This document shows positions 62,479 through 64,000 of a stretch of DNA of 64,000 bases, one piece after another; positions within the stretch are counted from its first letter, which is position 1; every line of letters begins with the position of its first letter. Origin of the DNA: Paramoeba atlantica (lineage: Eukaryota > Protista > Discosea). Below the pieces are notes generated by a model. The model was not told where the DNA came from, ran no database searches, and saw only the letters and a program-made list of their open reading frames with translations. The stretch covers positions 310,001 through 374,000 of the forward strand of contig CDRNVI010000012.1 of assembly GCA_977017575.1 (NCBI GenBank), in the 5' to 3' direction. Made by a program: the position numbers and the translations under genes.

Positions 62479-63840
62479 TCAGCTTCTTGAGGAGACGTGA
62501 CCAAGCGCGATGGATTCAATAACATTGGTATAAGCGGGCCCAACTCTTTCCCATGTATATTTCATTGCGAATTGTTTGGCTTCGTACCCTAATGTTTCAC
62601 ATTTGGAAGTGTTCAGTAACGCCGCTCTTAGCATTTCTTTCAGCCGTTTCTCCGTTTTGTAAAAGAAATCCCCTTGTCGAGCTAAGGGAATGTGCTCAGG
62701 GTATACCAGACGTTTAGGAAGGATTGGCATCACACCATGAGACATGGCTTCCAAGACACTGAGTCCGAAGAAATCTTGGTTTGAAGTAACTGGAAGTATG
62801 TGGCATTTCTTGACAAGCTCGACGTACTGATCTCTTTCTGCGAATCCCCAGTGCTTGATACAATCCGAAAAGTCTTTCCGTGCGGTGCTAAAGACAGAAA
62901 CAGGCCCAGATGAGGAGCTCTCGCCCAATACCACAAGATAAAAGCGATATCCCTCATTTTTCAATTCCTTGAGCACCCTGAAGAATCCCTCTGGATTCTT
63001 GTCGTATTCCCAGCGATGGTTCCATAGTACGATTGGCGCGAATGAATCAGGTGGAGATGGAGCTATACGCTTACCCTTCACCCTGCGATTCAGTAATGGT
63101 TTCCGAAACGCTGCAAGCTGGGAACATCTTTGCCGCAGCGTTCTCCAGTATTTCACCAATAGGAATTTGAAACTCAAAGAAGAATCTACGCAAGTAAATT
63201 CAAGGTTTTCGATTGCTGGTACGCATGGGTTATTTATACCAATGTAGGCTACGGTACATTTCGCTTCCAAGCCCTCGATATATTTTAGGTTAGTTTCCCC
63301 GTCTGGTTGAGAGCGCAAGTACTTTTGCGCTGCGTCCAAGAACGACTTTTTGTGATAATTGGAGTTGAATAGACAGAGAGAGGCCGCGAGCGCTGATCGA
63401 ATCTGTATCATGGAAAAGCGATTTGATGTTCCTGCCAAAACGTCTCGATCGTTCGGTTCCCATGGATATGTCAACTGGTTTTCATGACAATAAAGTACGA
63501 TGCGATCAAATTTCGTTAGAGCCATAAAGGTGGGTACGTCAATCATGTTTGAGATAAGCACGACGTCGGGCGCGCTGTCATTGTGTCTTGAGTCAACGCG
63601 ATTGAACCTCGCGTTGAACTCCTGTGCAAGTCGGACGGCGCCAAATTCCATGCGCCATTTCCAATGCTGTCCAGGAAGAGTCAGCATTGAAACGAAATAT
63701 GACGGTTTCGCAATATCCTCTGCACCACAGACCAGCGACTCCAAATATTGGCGTAAAGCTTTCGCCCATGTCGCATGACTCCCACAAAAATAAGGCTCAA
63801 TGATTACTACATGTACAGCGTTTTTCAGCTCTTGTGTCAT
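62479..63840 (-). CDS. GTDC1: DUF3524/GT-B glycosyltransferase (GTDC1/QTMAN-like)
   Basis: IEPYFCGSH, LPGQHWKWRM, LYCHENQLTYP, LFNSNYH, VLWNHRWEYDKNPEGFF and QDFFGLSVLEAM...LPKRLVYPE. Confidence 0.88.
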   Translation of the reverse strand: MTQELKNAVHVVIIEPYFCGSHATWAKALRQYLESLVCGAEDIAKPSYFVSMLTLPGQHWKWRMEFGAVRLAQEFNARFNRVDSRHNDSAPDVVLISNMIDVPTFMALTKFDRIVLYCHENQLTYPWEPNDRDVLAGTSNRFSMIQIRSALAASLCLFNSNYHKKSFLDAAQKYLRSQPDGETNLKYIEGLEAKCTVAYIGINNPCVPAIENLEFTCVDSSLSFKFLLVKYWRTLRQRCSQLAAFRKPLLNRRVKGKRIAPSPPDSFAPIVLWNHRWEYDKNPEGFFRVLKELKNEGYRFYLVVLGESSSSGPVSVFSTARKDFSDCIKHWGFAERDQYVELVKKCHILPVTSNQDFFGLSVLEAMSHGVMPILPKRLVYPEHIPLARQGDFFYKTEKRLKEMLRAALLNTSKCETLGYEAKQFAMKYTWERVGPAYTNVIESIALGHVSSRS

Positions 63841-64000
63841 TAAAAATAATGGAAGCTAAATCTTGAGTCACATACTTTGTGCCAGCGATGGAGCATACGG
63901 TTCTGGATTAAGAGAATTCAACACTTACATGTGAAAAAATAAAAGGCTATGGTGCTTATGGCTTTTGGTAGCACAGCATATACCTCGCCTTTTGCTGCCC

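Noticed and set aside
1-64000. Stop-codon reassignment, spliceosomal introns, CRISPR arrays, tRNA or rRNA genes
   Set aside because: Conserved genes end at the expected positions with TAA or TAG (TGA also ends ORFs) and are uninterrupted. No repeat-spacer array or recognisable structural RNA gene was seen by eye. tRNAscan-SE and Infernal were not run.

Overview
Eukaryotic, intron-free window. All of the roughly 30 credible genes lie head-to-tail on the minus strand, forming one directional (polycistron-like) cluster. Kinetoplastid-type COX VI, Alba, STI1-like TPR, L5, EF1-gamma and mitochondrial PolI-like proteins point to a divergent kinetoplastid, possibly Perkinsela-like or another early-branching lineage (inferred from remembered family motifs, no database search). 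Main observations: (1) six GC-rich islands in which + strand composition flips from C-rich to G-rich in mid-gene; (2) a dense set of TIR DNA transposons and MITEs (hAT-like with 8-bp TSD, Tc1/mariner with TA TSD, GAG-ended Sola-like, and an unclassified ACCC-ended group with 4-bp flanks), which is unusual for kinetoplastids; (3) a 3 x 1747-bp tandem array with chimeric junctions upstream of a frameshifted, catalytically degenerate peptidyl-tRNA-hydrolase-fold gene; (4) several pseudoenzymes or odd genes, including a degenerate PolI-like protein, a Cys-to-Ser DSP and a GTDC1/QTMAN-like glycosyltransferase; (5) three adjacent ~900-aa helical-repeat proteins and three LRR proteins. No rRNA, tRNA, SL-RNA or CRISPR was recognised.
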